A stretch of DNA of 63,874 nucleotides, the filler included, from Octopus bimaculoides (Eukaryota): NCBI RefSeq assembly GCF_001194135.2. It is 6 parts of 5 records of this genome, joined end to end, with 100 filler letters (N's around TTAATTAATTAA, not from the genome) between each part and the next. Parts side by side here need not be neighbours in the genome. Positions count along the whole stretch, not along the records: positions 18,681 to 32,263 come from NC_069006.1; positions 32,364 to 62,760 come from NC_068995.1; 4 more parts are not named here. One strand, written 5' to 3'. Shown here piece after piece: positions 25,815-39,385 of the stretch. Made by a program: the position numbers and the translations under genes. Position 1 is the first letter of the stretch; each line of letters begins with the position of its first letter. The notes beneath the pieces are model-generated. The model was not told the DNA's origin and ran no database searches. It worked only from the letters and a program-made list of their open reading frames with translations.

Positions 25815-26712
25815 CAACAACAACAACAACAAAAACAACGACAACAACAACAACAATAATAATAACAATAATAATGACGACAAAATGGTGCCGATCAGTT
25901 TCGAGTTGCTGCCTAAAAGAAGTAAGTTATTTTTTTCTTTGCCGTCCATGTTAATTTGTATAATATTGATGAAGAAGAAGAAGTAAAAACAAAAGAAAAA
26001 AAGGGAAAAAGGAAAAGAAATCCACAAACAGCAAAAAAACTATCAAACGTACAACTTCCGTTTTAAGTATCAAGGATCGTAGTAACAAACAAACAAACAA
26101 ACCACCACCACCACCACCACCACAACCACCACCACCACAACCACAACCACAACCACTACCACCACCACCACCACAACCACCATACCAAAAGCAACAACAA
26201 CAACACCAACAGATAGTATTAATCACCCAAATTGCTGTTTGTTGCCGGTGTAAGTAGATAGCTTGTTGTTGTTGTTACTGCTTTCGTTGTCGTTGTTGTT
26301 GTTATTGTTGATGTTAATGATCATAATGATGATAGTTGTGGTGGTTGTGGTGGTAGTAGTGGTGGTGGTGATGAGGATGACGACGACGATGATGATGATG
26401 CTGACAATGGTGATGTGCTTTGTTTACCCTTGTAAGAAGAAAACAAAACACACGCACAAACACGTGTACACACACACATATGAGTACACACACACACACA
26501 CACACACACTCACGTATACACACACACACACACACACAAACAGTCCATTGGTCTTGTTTTTATGCAGTTTGAGAAGAATGGTAGTTTTTGATTTCATTCA
26601 CGTTCATTAACAGGAAACGCCTCCGCTACCACCACCACCACCACCACCACCACCACCNNNNNNNNNNNNNNNNNNNNNNNNNNNNNNNNNNNNNNNNNNN
26701 NNNNNNNNNNNN

Positions 26713-26750
<38 letters not shown>
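23080..26750. repeat. Low-complexity field: (GT)n, (GAT)n, (CTTC)n, (TACC)n, (AAT/AAC)n, (ACC)n, (GTT/GTG)n, (ACT)n
   Basis: Direct inspection. Includes a 31-bp tandem duplication at ~25385-25445. Confidence 0.9.
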
Positions 26751-27059
26751 CGCCGTCCCTGTAACCACACTGTTTCCACGTCTGCAATACAACATTCAGC
26801 CATTATTAGCCAGTTCTCACGTCTTCGTTCCTCTGGTGTATCGTGTTCCTCTTGTAATCAATATCTTGTCGGAGTTGTTGCTCATTGTTCATTGTTTACC
26901 ACATCAAGGCTTTTCTTGCAAGAATTCTTGATGAGAATCTCAAGAATTATATGTATCTAACAACATCCAACAGACCATTTCTTTCTTGGCTTCAAAGAGA
27001 TACGCAAAACCACTTCTGTTTACGGGGAACTTAATCCTGGTTTCAATTTCGGCGCAAGG

Positions 27060-27430
27060 CAAGCAGTGTTCGGAGGAGGCTACTCGGCTGCTACTTTATT
27101 TTATCGATCTCGTAAGAATGAAAGACAAAGTCGACCTCGGTGATATTTGAACTCAGAATATAAAGAGCCGGTATATTGCCGCTGAGCATTGTGTCCGACG
27201 TGTAAACGATCCGGGCATCTCGTCGCCTTTTAGGAGAAATTATTGGTCCCCAAAATTATTGGGATGAGCAAATCAATAACATCGACCCCAGTGTTCGATT
27301 CGTACCTTAATTTATCGACCCAGTAAAAATGAAAAAGCAAAGTCGACCTCGGCGGGATTTGAACTCAGACCGTAAAGAGCCGGTGGTTTGCCGTTAGCAT
27401 TTGTCCGGCGTAGTAACGGCTCTGTCATTC
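27060..27430 (-). mobile_element. Two adjacent SINE family B copies
   Basis: Two runs of ttatcga..aaagtcgacctcgg..atttgaactcaga.. at ~27060-27230 and ~27270-27430. Confidence 0.8.
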
Positions 27431-27571
27431 CAGAGTAGGTCTAAGAGGCCAGATCTAGCTATTTGGTCTATCAAATGAAATACTTGTTTTATTCACATTG
27501 TTTTGAATTAATCTTGCATTATCTCATAGCTAAAATGAAAGACGCTCCGGCCGTGACCATTCCGTTTCAGT

Positions 27572-27617
<46 letters not shown>

Positions 27618-27731
27618 TGTTATCCTTGNNNNNNNNNNNNNNNNNNNNNNNNNNNNNNNNNNNNNNNNNNNNNNNNNNNNNNNNNNNNNNNNNNNNNNNN
27701 NNNNNNNNNNNNNNNNNNNNNNNNNNNNNNN

Positions 27732-27775
<44 letters not shown>

Positions 27776-29322
27776 TGTTATCCTTGTGTACATCCATTTA
27801 TCTTTAAGATGGTCGCTTGCCATTTGAGAGGAAAATTTTGTTGCTATTTTCAGCAGGTCATGCAAACACAAAGAGGCTTCCCTTCTGGATCACTTATTAT
27901 ATCGTTGTTGTTAATAAAGTTGTTGCTTTTTTTGTTGTTGTACCTTGTACTAACAATACTTCATCTGTCCTCTCAATCATCACTCAAGATACATTATTCA
28001 ATTGACAACCGACTGCCGGAGCGTCAATTTAAGTAGGAAAGCTTTCCGTAATTAATTAAATTAAATTAATTGCAATCCATTTATTCATTAATAGTTATGT
28101 CAGAACAGTATTCATTAGCAATGTTGTTTTATCTATCTCCGTTTTTTTTCTCTCACTAGAAATGGGACATTTGTTGTTGTTAAACCCTAGGTCAGCTCAA
28201 ATCAAGAAGACCTATTTTCAAAGACGTCTCAAATGTGTGATCAGCGCATATTTGTTTCCTTTTCTTTCTCATTTAATTTCAGGCATATTGGATTTATAAC
28301 TACATTATTTAACTGCCGATGAAGCTACCCCTCGCTTTACAGCATCAAGGTTTGGTTGAGAAATTCTGGTTTAGGTCTTATCATTTTGTTGGCACGTCTC
28401 TCGCTCTCTCACACACAAACACATACACACATGCACAGAAAATCCCATAGACACTCACGCACTCATTCACTCACTCACTCACACACGCACACACGCACAC
28501 ACACATACTGTAAACCTTCTGTTTCACTCTGTCCCACACCCTACTAAATCATTAAAGTGAGACTAGGAGTGGTCCCATGATAAACAACAATTAAATACGT
28601 GAGTCTAGGAGTGGCCCCGGGGTAAATAATAAACTAGGAGTGGCCCCCAGGAGAAACAACACAACAAGGATACATTCTATAGATTATTTCCATCGCAAAA
28701 CAACCCGGTCCACCCCTATCTAGCATATTAACCTTTCAGCCACTCCATTCAACCACTTCCAGCCTCACCGTTAAAAGAAACAAGCAGGAATTCTGTAAGC
28801 TTTCCTATTGACTGCATATATTCCGAACAATCTATTTGGTTAATATTGTCCATCATTATTAGGAAGCAGCAGTTTAATTACTTGCCAGTTTCAGCCAGTT
28901 TCAACCGGTTTGTATTAGTTCAGGCCAGTGTAAGTTATGAGGTGACCACTGGCGAAAACACTAACTTATTGAAACCATACTTTACCTACTTCGTCTGTCT
29001 CCTTTACACCGCCGCCATGTTCAAATCTTTATCATTTCTATCTTCCTATCGCTTTTTATTCTCTCCAATCCAATTTCGCATGTCGCAAATTCTCGCCTAA
29101 ATTAAATAATTTCAAAATCCTCAATCACCCACTTACTCTCTCTCAGCCCCTTTTTCGACCATACGTTCCTTATAATACATTTCACAGCATCGATACTCCT
29201 TTCTTCCCTTCCAGCTAGTTTCCCCAACCTACAGTCTTGCCTTAATAATTATCTTTCTATTGTGTTTCACAATTTTTCTTTATTCATCAGTGTCTCACGT
29301 TGTCGGCCGAAGCTGCTTTCCT

Positions 29323-29364
<42 letters not shown>

Positions 29365-29600
29365 CACATGTGCCTGCCTGCCTTCCTGCCTGCTTGCCCG
29401 CCCGGGGGTTATTTATAATTAGGGTTCTTTATATTTATTTATATTACTTATATTTATTTTTATTTATATTTATATTATTTATATTTGATTCCTGATAAAC
29501 TTTCGTTTATTCTGTTGTTATCTGTTCTCTACGATCGTAGTATACCCAGGCCCAGAGTTAAGAGCGATAGTATATACGGATATTTTATCCCTCACTTGGT

Positions 29601-29658
29601 TATTATAATCGCTAACTCTGCTTACCTATATATATAAGCGGAGTTAGCGGTTATAATA
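29601..29658 (+). other. 24-bp stem hairpin with a 10-nt loop
   Basis: tattataatcgctaactctgctta / taagcggagttagcggttataata. Both non-WC positions are U.G on the + strand. Confidence 0.7.
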
Positions 29659-30592
29659 TATAATATATAATATATATATATATATACATATATATATGCA
29701 TGCATGCATGCATACATACATACATACATACATACATACGCGTTAAATTTAAGAAGTGACAAGTGAAAATTCTGTAAATAATAATTATAAGCTTTAAGCC
29801 TATAAGCGTTCACCGTATATTGGCTACAGAGAATAGTATAGAATTGGAGCGTTTATATACATATANNNNNNNNNNNNNNNNNNNNNNNNNNNNNNNNNNN
29901 NNNNNNNNNNNNNNNNNNNNNNNNNNNNNNNNNNNNNNNNNNNNNNNNNNNNNNNNNNNNNNNNNNNNNNNNNNNNNNNNNNNNNNNNNNNNNNNNNNNN
30001 NNNNNNNNNNNNNNNNNNNNNNNNNNNNNNNNNNNNNNNNNNNNNNNNNNNNNNATATATATATATATATATATATATATAAATTTATACAGATGAACAC
30101 TTTTAATACAAATTGAAATCATTCAGAGTTGATAGCGGAAGTAATTTGAAATGAGACGTGTATGTGCGTGTTTGTGTACGCACACGTGTGCGTTTATCTG
30201 TGTGTGTGTGTGTGTGTGTGTGCGCGCACATACATAATGGTTGCTGTCGATGAGTGTATCCATATCTCTATCTAGCTAAGGATACACACACACACACATA
30301 CACACACACACATACACACACACACATACACACACACACACACATATATATATACATACATACATATATATATATATGTATATACATGCACACATAAGTA
30401 CATACATACGCACACACATACACACTCACATATGCATATATATATACACACACATTTACATACATACATACATATCATAATGAAGACATAATGACACATA
30501 ATAGATTCTGTAGTATTTGTGTTATTACATAGGATTACATTGAAACGGCTGTTTATAAAAGCTTTTAGTCGAAAATCAGACGCACGTACGTT

Positions 30593-30643
<51 letters not shown>

Positions 30644-30879
30644 GATGTGTGTGTGTGTGTGTGTGTGTATAGTAAACAATAGTATAGTAAGTAATTTATA
30701 GTCCTGTATGGGATACTCGGAGTTACCAAGCGAGGAAAGTCACCAGAGCCCAGCTGCTTATTGTTAACTCGGGTATCACTAGAGGACCGTTGTGGTCAGC
30801 CGGCGTCTGAAAGTCGTATTAAGAGGAAACACGGTAACCGCCAGAATTACATATACCTTTAAAAATCATCACCTTTCCC

Positions 30880-31015
30880 CGTAACTTAGCAGTTCGGCAA
30901 AAGAGAGACCGATAGAATGAGTACTAGGCTTACAAAGAATAAGTCCTGGGGTCGATTTGTTCGACTGAAGGCGGCGCTCCAGCATGGCCGCATTCAAATG
31001 TTACAACTAAATGAA
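30880..31015 (+). mobile_element. SINE family A tail
   Basis: Matches 5405-5550. Confidence 0.8.
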
Positions 31016-31602
31016 TAAAACAATATATATATATATATATATATGTCTGTGTGTGCGTGTACATGTATGTATATGTATATATATGTATATATACATATAT
31101 ACATNNNNNNNNNNNNNNNNNNNNNNNNNNNNNNNNNNNNNNNNNNNNNNNNNNNNNNNNNNNNNNNNNNNNNNNNNNNNNNNNNNNNNNNNNNNNNNNN
31201 NNNNNNNNNNNNNNNNNNNNNNNNNNNNNNNNNNNNNNNNNNNNNNNNNNNNNNNNNNNNNNNNNNNNNNNNNNNNNNNNNNNNNNNNGTCAATCACTAT
31301 AATCCTTAACAATTTATTAAATACGTCTATTGCCATTTGTGCAATTTATCTAAATCCTGTCCAAGCGATTATCTTTAATCTGAGGTGATTCTCCAGCTCA
31401 TTCAAGCGAGTAGCCATGCTCTTCCATTGTTTGCCAAGCAGGCTGTCGAAAACATATTCTGTATTTCATCAAGTATCGTTACATTAAATGGATTCATGTG
31501 CGTTGGAATAAGTTTTATATCTATCTGTCTGTTTGTCTTGGACTGTCTATGTTTGCTTGTGTGTACGTACGTACGTACCTACCTACCTACCTACCTACCT
31601 AC

Positions 31603-31683
<81 letters not shown>

Positions 31684-31902
31684 CGTACACAAGTATATAT
31701 GTATTCATGTATGTAGCTGAAACTTATCATGGCCGATGTCTTCCCATAACAGACGAAATAAAGAAAGAAATTCTCATCATCAGCTCTTTGTCAGGGGCGG
31801 TTTTGTAGTTTCGTTACATTATTGTTTGTGTGATTGCCTGTGTCTGTGTTTGTGTGTGTGTGCGTGTTTCTGTGCGTGCACATACGCACCTTTATGTGTG
31901 AG

Positions 31903-31962
<60 letters not shown>

Positions 31963-32379
31963 TGACCAAGAGAGAGACAGAGGGAGAGAAAGCGAGAGTG
32001 AGAGAGAATATAATAGTGAAAGAAAAAAAGTATGTGAAAGTTTATATACACCATTGAATGAAAATTATTATACATAATAATATTCTTGTTTACATTATAT
32101 TTATTGATGTACACGGATGTACTAGCGGGCTTGCACGTGTTTCTGTTGATTATCCTATGTTGAGTACATACACACATGCACACACATTCACACACACGCA
32201 CACACACATATATATACACACACATATATATATATATACAATATATATATATATATATATATANNNNNNNNNNNNNNNNNNNNNNNNNNNNNNNNNNNNN
32301 NNNNNNNTTAATTAATTAANNNNNNNNNNNNNNNNNNNNNNNNNNNNNNNNNNNNNNNNNNNNTATATATATATATATA

Positions 32380-32600
32380 TGTATGTGTTTGTGTATCTAT
32401 GTTTGTCCCCCCAACATCGCTTGACAATCGATGCTGGTGTGTTTATGTCCCCGTAACTTAGCGGTTCGGCAAAAGAGACCGGTAGAATAAGTACTAGGCT
32501 TCTAAAGAATAAGTCCTGGGGTCGATTTGCTCGACTAAAGGCGGTGCCCCAGCATGGCCACAGTCAAAAGACTGAAACAAGTAAAAGAGTAAAAGAGTAA
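32380..32600 (+). mobile_element. SINE family A 3' half
   Basis: Matches 5340-5550. The head is lost in the upstream gap. Confidence 0.85.
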
Positions 32601-32624
32601 AGAGTATATATATAAAAACTGGCT

Positions 32625-33845
32625 ATGATAAAACGCCAGGAAAAAGGTGAAAAACTTGTAGCAATTGCACGATCTTTTGAGATGAGTCGGACAACTGTAT
32701 CAATGGTTGTACATAGTAAGGACAAGATTTTAGCACATATCAAATCTGAAACCCCAGGGATGAAGTACACTGTCATCAATAATCAAAGAAGCAAAATCTT
32801 TGAAGAAATAGAAAGCCTTCTTTCTCTTTGGATTGTTAGGTTGAATCGTCAGCGTGCTATTATTATCTAAGAAATCATTCAAGAGAAAGCGTCTTCTTTG
32901 TTTGAGGACCTGAAGGAAAAAATATCCAGATGAGAAAGATGCAGAGTTCAAGGCAAGTCAAGGATGGTTCATGAGATTTAAGGAGCGAAAAAATTATCAC
33001 TCCATTAAGAAGCAAGGTGAAAGTGCATCAGCTGACGAACAAGGAGCAGCGGAATTTCCTAATGCATTAAAGAAAATCATCGAAGAAAACGGGTTTCTTC
33101 TTGAACAGATTTTTAAAGTAGACGAAACTGGATTGTATTGGAAAAAATTGTCAGACCGTTTATTCATTTCCAAGAAGGAGAAAATTATTCCAGGCTCCAA
33201 GGTCTCAAAAGACGTGTGAGCATTATGTTGGGACATAATTGTGCAGCAGATTTTAAGTTCAAGCTGTCACTTGTGTATCATGCACACAACCCCCGTGCCC
33301 TGAAGGAAATACCTAAGGCATCACTCCCTGTAACATGGATGGCTAATTCAAAAGCATGGGTTACTGTTGTTTTTGAAGATTGGTTCTTCAATCATTTTAC
33401 CCCAGCAGCAGAGTATTGTAAGGAGAAGAGAATTCCTAATGCTCCTGGTCACCTGCAAAACATCGTAGATTTTGACCTCAACGTTACCGTCGTATGCCTC
33501 CCTTCGAGGGAATAATTGTTATCTTCAAGCGTTACTATATGAAGCGTAATGCTGCAGCAAGCAGTAGCTGCAACTGATCTTGATGAGCCTATCACACTTC
33601 ATGACTTTTGGAAGAGATACGATATCTACAAGGCTGTAAAGAACATAGCTGCGGCATGGAATGATGTACAGAGCACGGCTAAGGAAGGTGTATGGAAGAA
33701 GCTTTGCCCGCAATTCGTGAATGATTTTAAGGTGTTTGGTAATGTTTCCATCAACAAAACGTTGGTAACTACGAGCAAAGAACTGGAAATGTATTTGGAG
33801 GAGGATTTCACAGATTTATTTGAAAAAAGACAAGTAGCCTCTGAC
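32625..33845 (+). pseudogene. Tigger/pogo-family transposase remnant
   Basis: HTH psq-like MIKRQEKGEKLVAIARSFEMSRTTV, CENP-B-like FKASQGWFMRFKER, DDE region QIFKVDETGLYWK..NSKAWVT..FEDWF..NAPGH. Stops and frameshifts. Confidence 0.9.
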
Positions 33846-34006
33846 GAACAAGGATTTGATAGAGGTTCACAAGCAGCAATATATATATATATATATAGTA
33901 ATAGAGATTTAATCAAAAGATTAAATATGGTACTTAAAATGTTTGAGGCACCAGAATTTGGTAGGGTAAAAACCCAAAACAAAATCAAGAGATTTGTTGA
34001 ATAAAA

Positions 34007-34311
34007 TTTGAAGAAAAGCAACAAAAATGCATTAGGTTATAGCAGTATGTACGTTTCGTACAAACTTCATTTATTTATGTAGTGAGAACACCACATAAGA
34101 TGTGCAGAGAAAATGGTATTTTCTTCATCTCCTACTCTTGTATTTGCACACATCTACAAAATGACTTTCTGAAATGAGCTTCCATTATGCAGCTGAGGAG
34201 TACATTTTCACTGCACATCTTATGTGGTGTTCTCACTACATAAATAAATGAAGTTTGTACGAAACGTACGTACTGCTATAACCTAATGCATTTTTGTTGC
34301 TTTTCTTCAAA
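34007..34311. repeat. Near-perfect fold-back, 109-bp arms, 87-bp spacer
   Basis: 34007-34115 vs 34203-34311, two mismatches. Confidence 0.9.
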
Positions 34312-35250
34312 ATTACAGGTAAAAACTCAATTAAAATTATATTGAGCTTTACAGATTAAAATATATATAAATATATAGTTTTAGGGAAAAGAACCAAGTT
34401 TCATGAACTCATCGGTGAAAATCCACTATCACATATAGAAAAATTAATAATTAAAAGCACAATAAATGAGTATAATATAATACAAAGTAAATATCATAAG
34501 ANNNNNNNNNNNNNNNNNNNNNNNNNNNNNNNNNNNNNNNNNNNNNNNNNNNNNNNNNNNNNNNNNNNNNNNNNNNNNNNNNNNNNNNNNNNNNNNNNNN
34601 NNNNNNNNNNNNNNNNNNNNNNNNNNNNNNNNNNNNNNNNNNNNNNNNNNNNNNNNNNNNNNNNNNNNNNNNNNNNNNNNNNNNNNNNNNNNNNNNNNNN
34701 NNNNNNNNNNNNNNNNNNNNNNNNNNNNNNNNNNNNNNNNNNNNNNNNNNNNNNNNNNNNNNNNNNNNNNNNNNNNNNNNNNNNNNNNNNNNNNNNNNNN
34801 NNNNNNNNNNNNNNNNNNNNNNNNNNNNNNNNNNNNNNNNNNNNNNNNNNNNNNNNNNNNNNNNNNNNNNNNNNNNNNNNNNNNNNNNNNNNNNNNNNNN
34901 NNNNNNNNNNNNNNNNNNNNNNNNNNNNNNNNNNNNNNNNNNNNNNNNNNNNNNNNNNNNNNNNNNNNNNNNNNNNNNNNNNNNNNNNNNNNNNNNNNNN
35001 NNNNNNNNNNNNNNNNNNNNNNNNNNNNNNNNNNNNNNNNNNNNNNNNNNNNNNNNNNNNNNNNNNNNNNNNNNNNNNNNNNNNNNNNNNNNNNNNNNNN
35101 NNNNNNNNNNNNNNNNNNNNNNNNNNNNNNNNNNNNNNNNNNNNNNNNNNNNNNNNNNNNNNNNNNNNNNNNNNNNNNNNNNNNNNNNNNNNNNNNNNNG
35201 CTTAAAGAATCCATCATGTGATTCTTTCTTGTGATATCCTAACCACATGT

Positions 35251-35486
35251 TTGAAGGCGGCGAGCTGGCAGAATCGCTAGCATGCCAGGCAAAATGCTTA
35301 ATGGTATTTCGTCTGCCGCTACGTTCTGAGTTCAAATTCCGCCTAGGTCGACTTTGCCTTTCATCCTTTCGGGGTCGATTAAATAAGTACCAGTTAGGTA
35401 CTGGGGTCGATGTAATCTACTTAGTCCCTTTGTCTGTCCTTGTTTGTCCCCTCTATGTTTAACCCCTTATGGGCAATAAAGAATTA
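35251..35486 (+). mobile_element. Full-length SINE family B with 18-bp TSD
   Basis: gatatcctaaccacatgt at 35233-35250 and 35487-35504. Confidence 0.95.
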
Positions 35487-35559
35487 GATATCCTAACCAC
35501 ATGTCTGTAGTACCAGAGCTCTAAATGCTGTGAGATGCCAGCTTGACATGGAGAGAATC

Positions 35560-36240
35560 CCTGATCTCTGAGCTACACATCTTGTTGAGTAACATTACTT
35601 CTTCAGAGGAACTCCATTTCTGCCACTTGTATTTGCAATCGTATACTTTCAGTCATTGCCCAGCATTCACAATGACAGTTAAAGGCACAAAAAGTGAATT
35701 GAAGATAGTGAGTTTGGCTTTTTTTTTTTGCCAACCTCTTCTCTTCTGAAGAAAGAACGCCGCACCTGGCACATTACCATGCCAGTATCTGCAATTCTAA
35801 CATCCAATTTGGTTTCCTGCTTCCCATCACTCATGAATAATGCCCCAAGATACTTAACTATTTCCACTTGTCTTAGTAATATATTCCATTAACATGCAGC
35901 CACACTGGAAAGACTTTCTTGAGTGGACCAACATCTCAGTCTTCACAATACTAATTTCCATCCCTACTTGGCAGCATACAAAGTAAGGACCCATTATTAT
36001 CAAAGAGCATATTTAATTACAAATCATCTTTATCTCCCTTGCAGCTACTCCCATCAATCCTCACATAATATGGGCAAGCTATGTCTCTCCTCAATAGTGA
36101 GACACCTATGCTTCTCCTTCTGTCACCATTTAGCCTTCAACACTGGTCATAACGCCACCCACTTCTCCCCAATACACCCCCCCACTCACTTGAGGGGGTC
36201 CTTTATTCTTTTTCCCTTTTCCCTTCTTTATTTTGTCTGG
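35560..36240 (-). mobile_element. Degenerate RTE-like LINE RT fragment
   Basis: VEIVKYLGALFMSDGKQETKLDVRI..VM..RSFF and upstream EMLVHSRKSFQC. Many stops. Confidence 0.65.
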
Positions 36241-36413
36241 TAGGTTATTTGATGCTTTCGTTGGTACCAGCGTCACGAAATATGCATAGAGTACACTATG
36301 AAGTTGCTATTATTAGAAACGACATCCAGACATTAGGGTCTGACGCAGGTTTGTGACTCGTCGAATCTTATCAAACAAGCTGACTCATGACAGCATGGAA
36401 AACAGAAGTTCAA

Positions 36414-36505
36414 TGATGAAGATGACGATGATGATGATGAAAATGATGATGATGATGATGATGACGATGAAAATGATGATGATGATGATGATGATGACGA
36501 TGAAA

Positions 36506-36543
<38 letters not shown>

Positions 36544-36612
36544 GATGATGACGATGATGATGACGATGATGATGACGATGATGATGACGATGATGATGAC
36601 GATGATGATGAT
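36414..36612. repeat. (GAT)n microsatellite
   Basis: Direct inspection. Confidence 0.95.
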
Positions 36613-36830
36613 GTTGAAACTAAAATGAATTTTAATATCCGTTACCATGAACATGGATTTAATTCAATTTCAAGAATATTAAATATGAGTACCTCAAGAG
36701 TANNNNNNNNNNNNNNNNNNNNNNNNNNNNNNNNNNNNNNNNNNNNNNNNNNNNNNNNNNNNNNNNNNNNNNNNNNNNNNNNNNNNNNNNNNNNNNNNNN
36801 NNNNNNNNNNNNNNNNNNNNNNNNNNNNNN

Positions 36831-36878
<48 letters not shown>

Positions 36879-37960
36879 TTACAGACAATAACGGAGCCTC
36901 TATAGGATAGGCAGTCATTAACTCACTGAAATCACACCCTACCGCTTTAAAAAGAAGACAGGACAAATTGTATAATGTAACCGTAGATCATTGAGCCTGA
37001 AGACTTACAAAAACAACCGGGATGGTCATAAGTGGAATAACTTTGATCATAAGTTAACTAGCGCGTAGCGAAGGTGGGACTAAACAACTACATACAGACT
37101 CAGACAGCACGCTCCTAAATAAAGTCTGAAAAGCCATAAAGTACAGTTACAAAAGTAAGGGAGGCAACTTTGGCTAGCCTAAATAGTTAAGATAAAATAC
37201 ATTATAATCTCCCTTGAAACATCGGGCTTCCATAATACCAAAACATTAGAAATTACAGAATACGTTGAAATTACACAGAAGTAGCTTTTATTGTTCTATC
37301 TACCAATTAACCAGCCATCCTCTATTCTAGTTTCTTTTTCTCTGTATCCCTTTTTTTATTTTTTAAATTCCCCTGATATCTCCAGTACATCGTTCAAACA
37401 ATTTTTTTTTTTTTTTTACTACTTGTCTTTATACTGCACAACTTTCTACGAATCGAATATTAATGTTGAGGTTGAATGCTCAGGCTTTTTATATTTAATG
37501 CAGCACACAACCGATGTCCTTTTATCGACTCCAGCAAGATTTGAACCCAGCACCAAGTGGAACAAATTTTTATCCCAGGACACATTTCGTCTGCTGCACG
37601 ACATTTTCTCTCAGTCGATCATAACTAAATAATAATGACTTCCTACGAAGAGCTCAAGGCCCGAATATCGAAGGGAGTATGTTTTATCGATGATTGTACT
37701 TGGCAGGTATTATAATTTATAGGCCCACGGAGGAAAAAGGCAAAGTCGACTTCGGTGGGATTTGAACTCGCAACACGAATGATGGACATAACTAACTAGC
37801 GCAGAGCATTTTGTCCCTTCTTTTACTATCTACCGCATTTTCAGCCAAATAATCTGTCAAATAATCTGGTCAAAGAGTTAAGCTGGCTGAATCGTTACCG
37901 CACCAGACATTGTCTTTAGCGGCATTTCTTCCAGTTCTATGTTCAGAGTTCAAATCTTTT

Positions 37961-39130
37961 GGCGGCCAGCTGGCAAAATCATTAGCATGTCGGGGGCAAA
38001 ATGATCAGTGGAATTTCATCCGTCTTTATGTTCTGAGTTCAAATTACGCTGAGGTCAATTAGCCTTTCATCATTTCGGGGTCGATAAAATAAGTACCAGT
38101 TAGACACTGGGGGTGGATATAATCGGCTTGTAGAGAACGACCGTGCGAACTAAAGGAGAATGATGACGAATGGAACAGGCTCCTTTTAACGCGTCGCACG
38201 GTCGACACAAAATATATGTTATAATACTATAACATAGAGAATTCGCATGGAAATTTGAAGAAGTGCCAGTAAGGAAAGATAGGAAGACTCAACCGATAAA
38301 GATGTATAACAGTAAGGTTTATTAGAACATTAAACTGTATGCCTGTGTGTGAGTGTGAATGCGACATAATAAAACACAATATAAGACAGGCCGTCATGTA
38401 AACAAAGGAGTGTATGTATACAAATATATGTATGTGAATGCAAGAGATACAGAGCATAGAAAAGAGTCTGTAACACGGATAAGAAAATACCAGTTCTCAG
38501 TTAAGGTACACAGTTGTTAGAATGTCTGTATATAAGAGGTTGAGACGTTGAGGCAGAGCTAAGTCACTTGTCGTGCAGTTGAGGCTTCTATGCCGGGCCG
38601 GGCTACTTGATACAGATGGTTTCTCGCAGGTGTCGAATTCTGGCTGTTATTTCGTGGTAAAACAATTCACACAAACAGGGTTGAGAAGTTGCGGTTGCTG
38701 TTGGTAGCTTGTGTATGTAGAGTAGTCGTGTTGACGTTGGGGACGAAGGTTGTAGTAAACAGTTCAACAATGGTGTTGATGTCGTCGCTTGAAACTGGCT
38801 GGTTGGTGTTACGTGGTCAACGACCAGATCTTAGAAGATTTGAAGCCGCGACAAAGTGGCGCGGATAAGGCAGGCTATTTATAGGTACAAGGAGGCTCCA
38901 GAAATATCATAAAAACACTCTCTCAGGTGACCTTATTAGATGGCCACGATTGGTCGGTATGCACCCTGGCGCGAAACAGAACTGGAGACAATTGACACAG
39001 CAGGGTCCAAGGCGGGAAAGAGATGTTACCTGCTACGTTCGCATTTTTAAATAAATAACCGCGAGAAGTAGTTTCACTACAGGCTCATCCTCACCCCCAA
39101 ATTTACTGCCTTCGTGGCAAAATTTGAAAC

Positions 39131-39190
<60 letters not shown>
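37961..39190 (+). mobile_element. SINE family B interrupted by a solo LTR
   Basis: Head and centre 37961-38128, tail resumes at 39082 and ends in (ATT)n. Further B fragments at ~37680-37956. Confidence 0.8.
38129..39081 (-). mobile_element. Solo LTR (Gypsy-like), 953 bp
   Basis: TGTAG...CTACA termini, exact TSD GGCT (38125-38128, 39082-39085). Minus-strand TATAAATAG at ~38876-38884 and AATAAA at ~38316-38321. Confidence 0.85.
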
Positions 39191-39194
<4 letters not shown>

Positions 39195-39200
39195 ATTAAT

Positions 39201-39385
39201 CAAGCGGTGAGCTGGCCGAATCGTTAGCACGCCGGACAAAATGCTTAACGGCGTTTCGTCCGTCTTCACGTTCTGAGTTCAAATTCTGTCAAGGTCGACT
39301 TTCACCTTTTCGGGATCGATAAAATAAGTACCAGTTGAACACTGTGTCGATGTAATCGACTAGCCCCTTCCCCTCATAATTTCAA
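39201..39385 (+). mobile_element. SINE family B
   Basis: caagcggtgagctggccgaatcgttagcac.. consensus. Confidence 0.85.

Noticed and set aside
20584-26795. Poly-I/Y/H/M/L/V ORFs
   Set aside because: Translations of microsatellites, with no splice or homology support.
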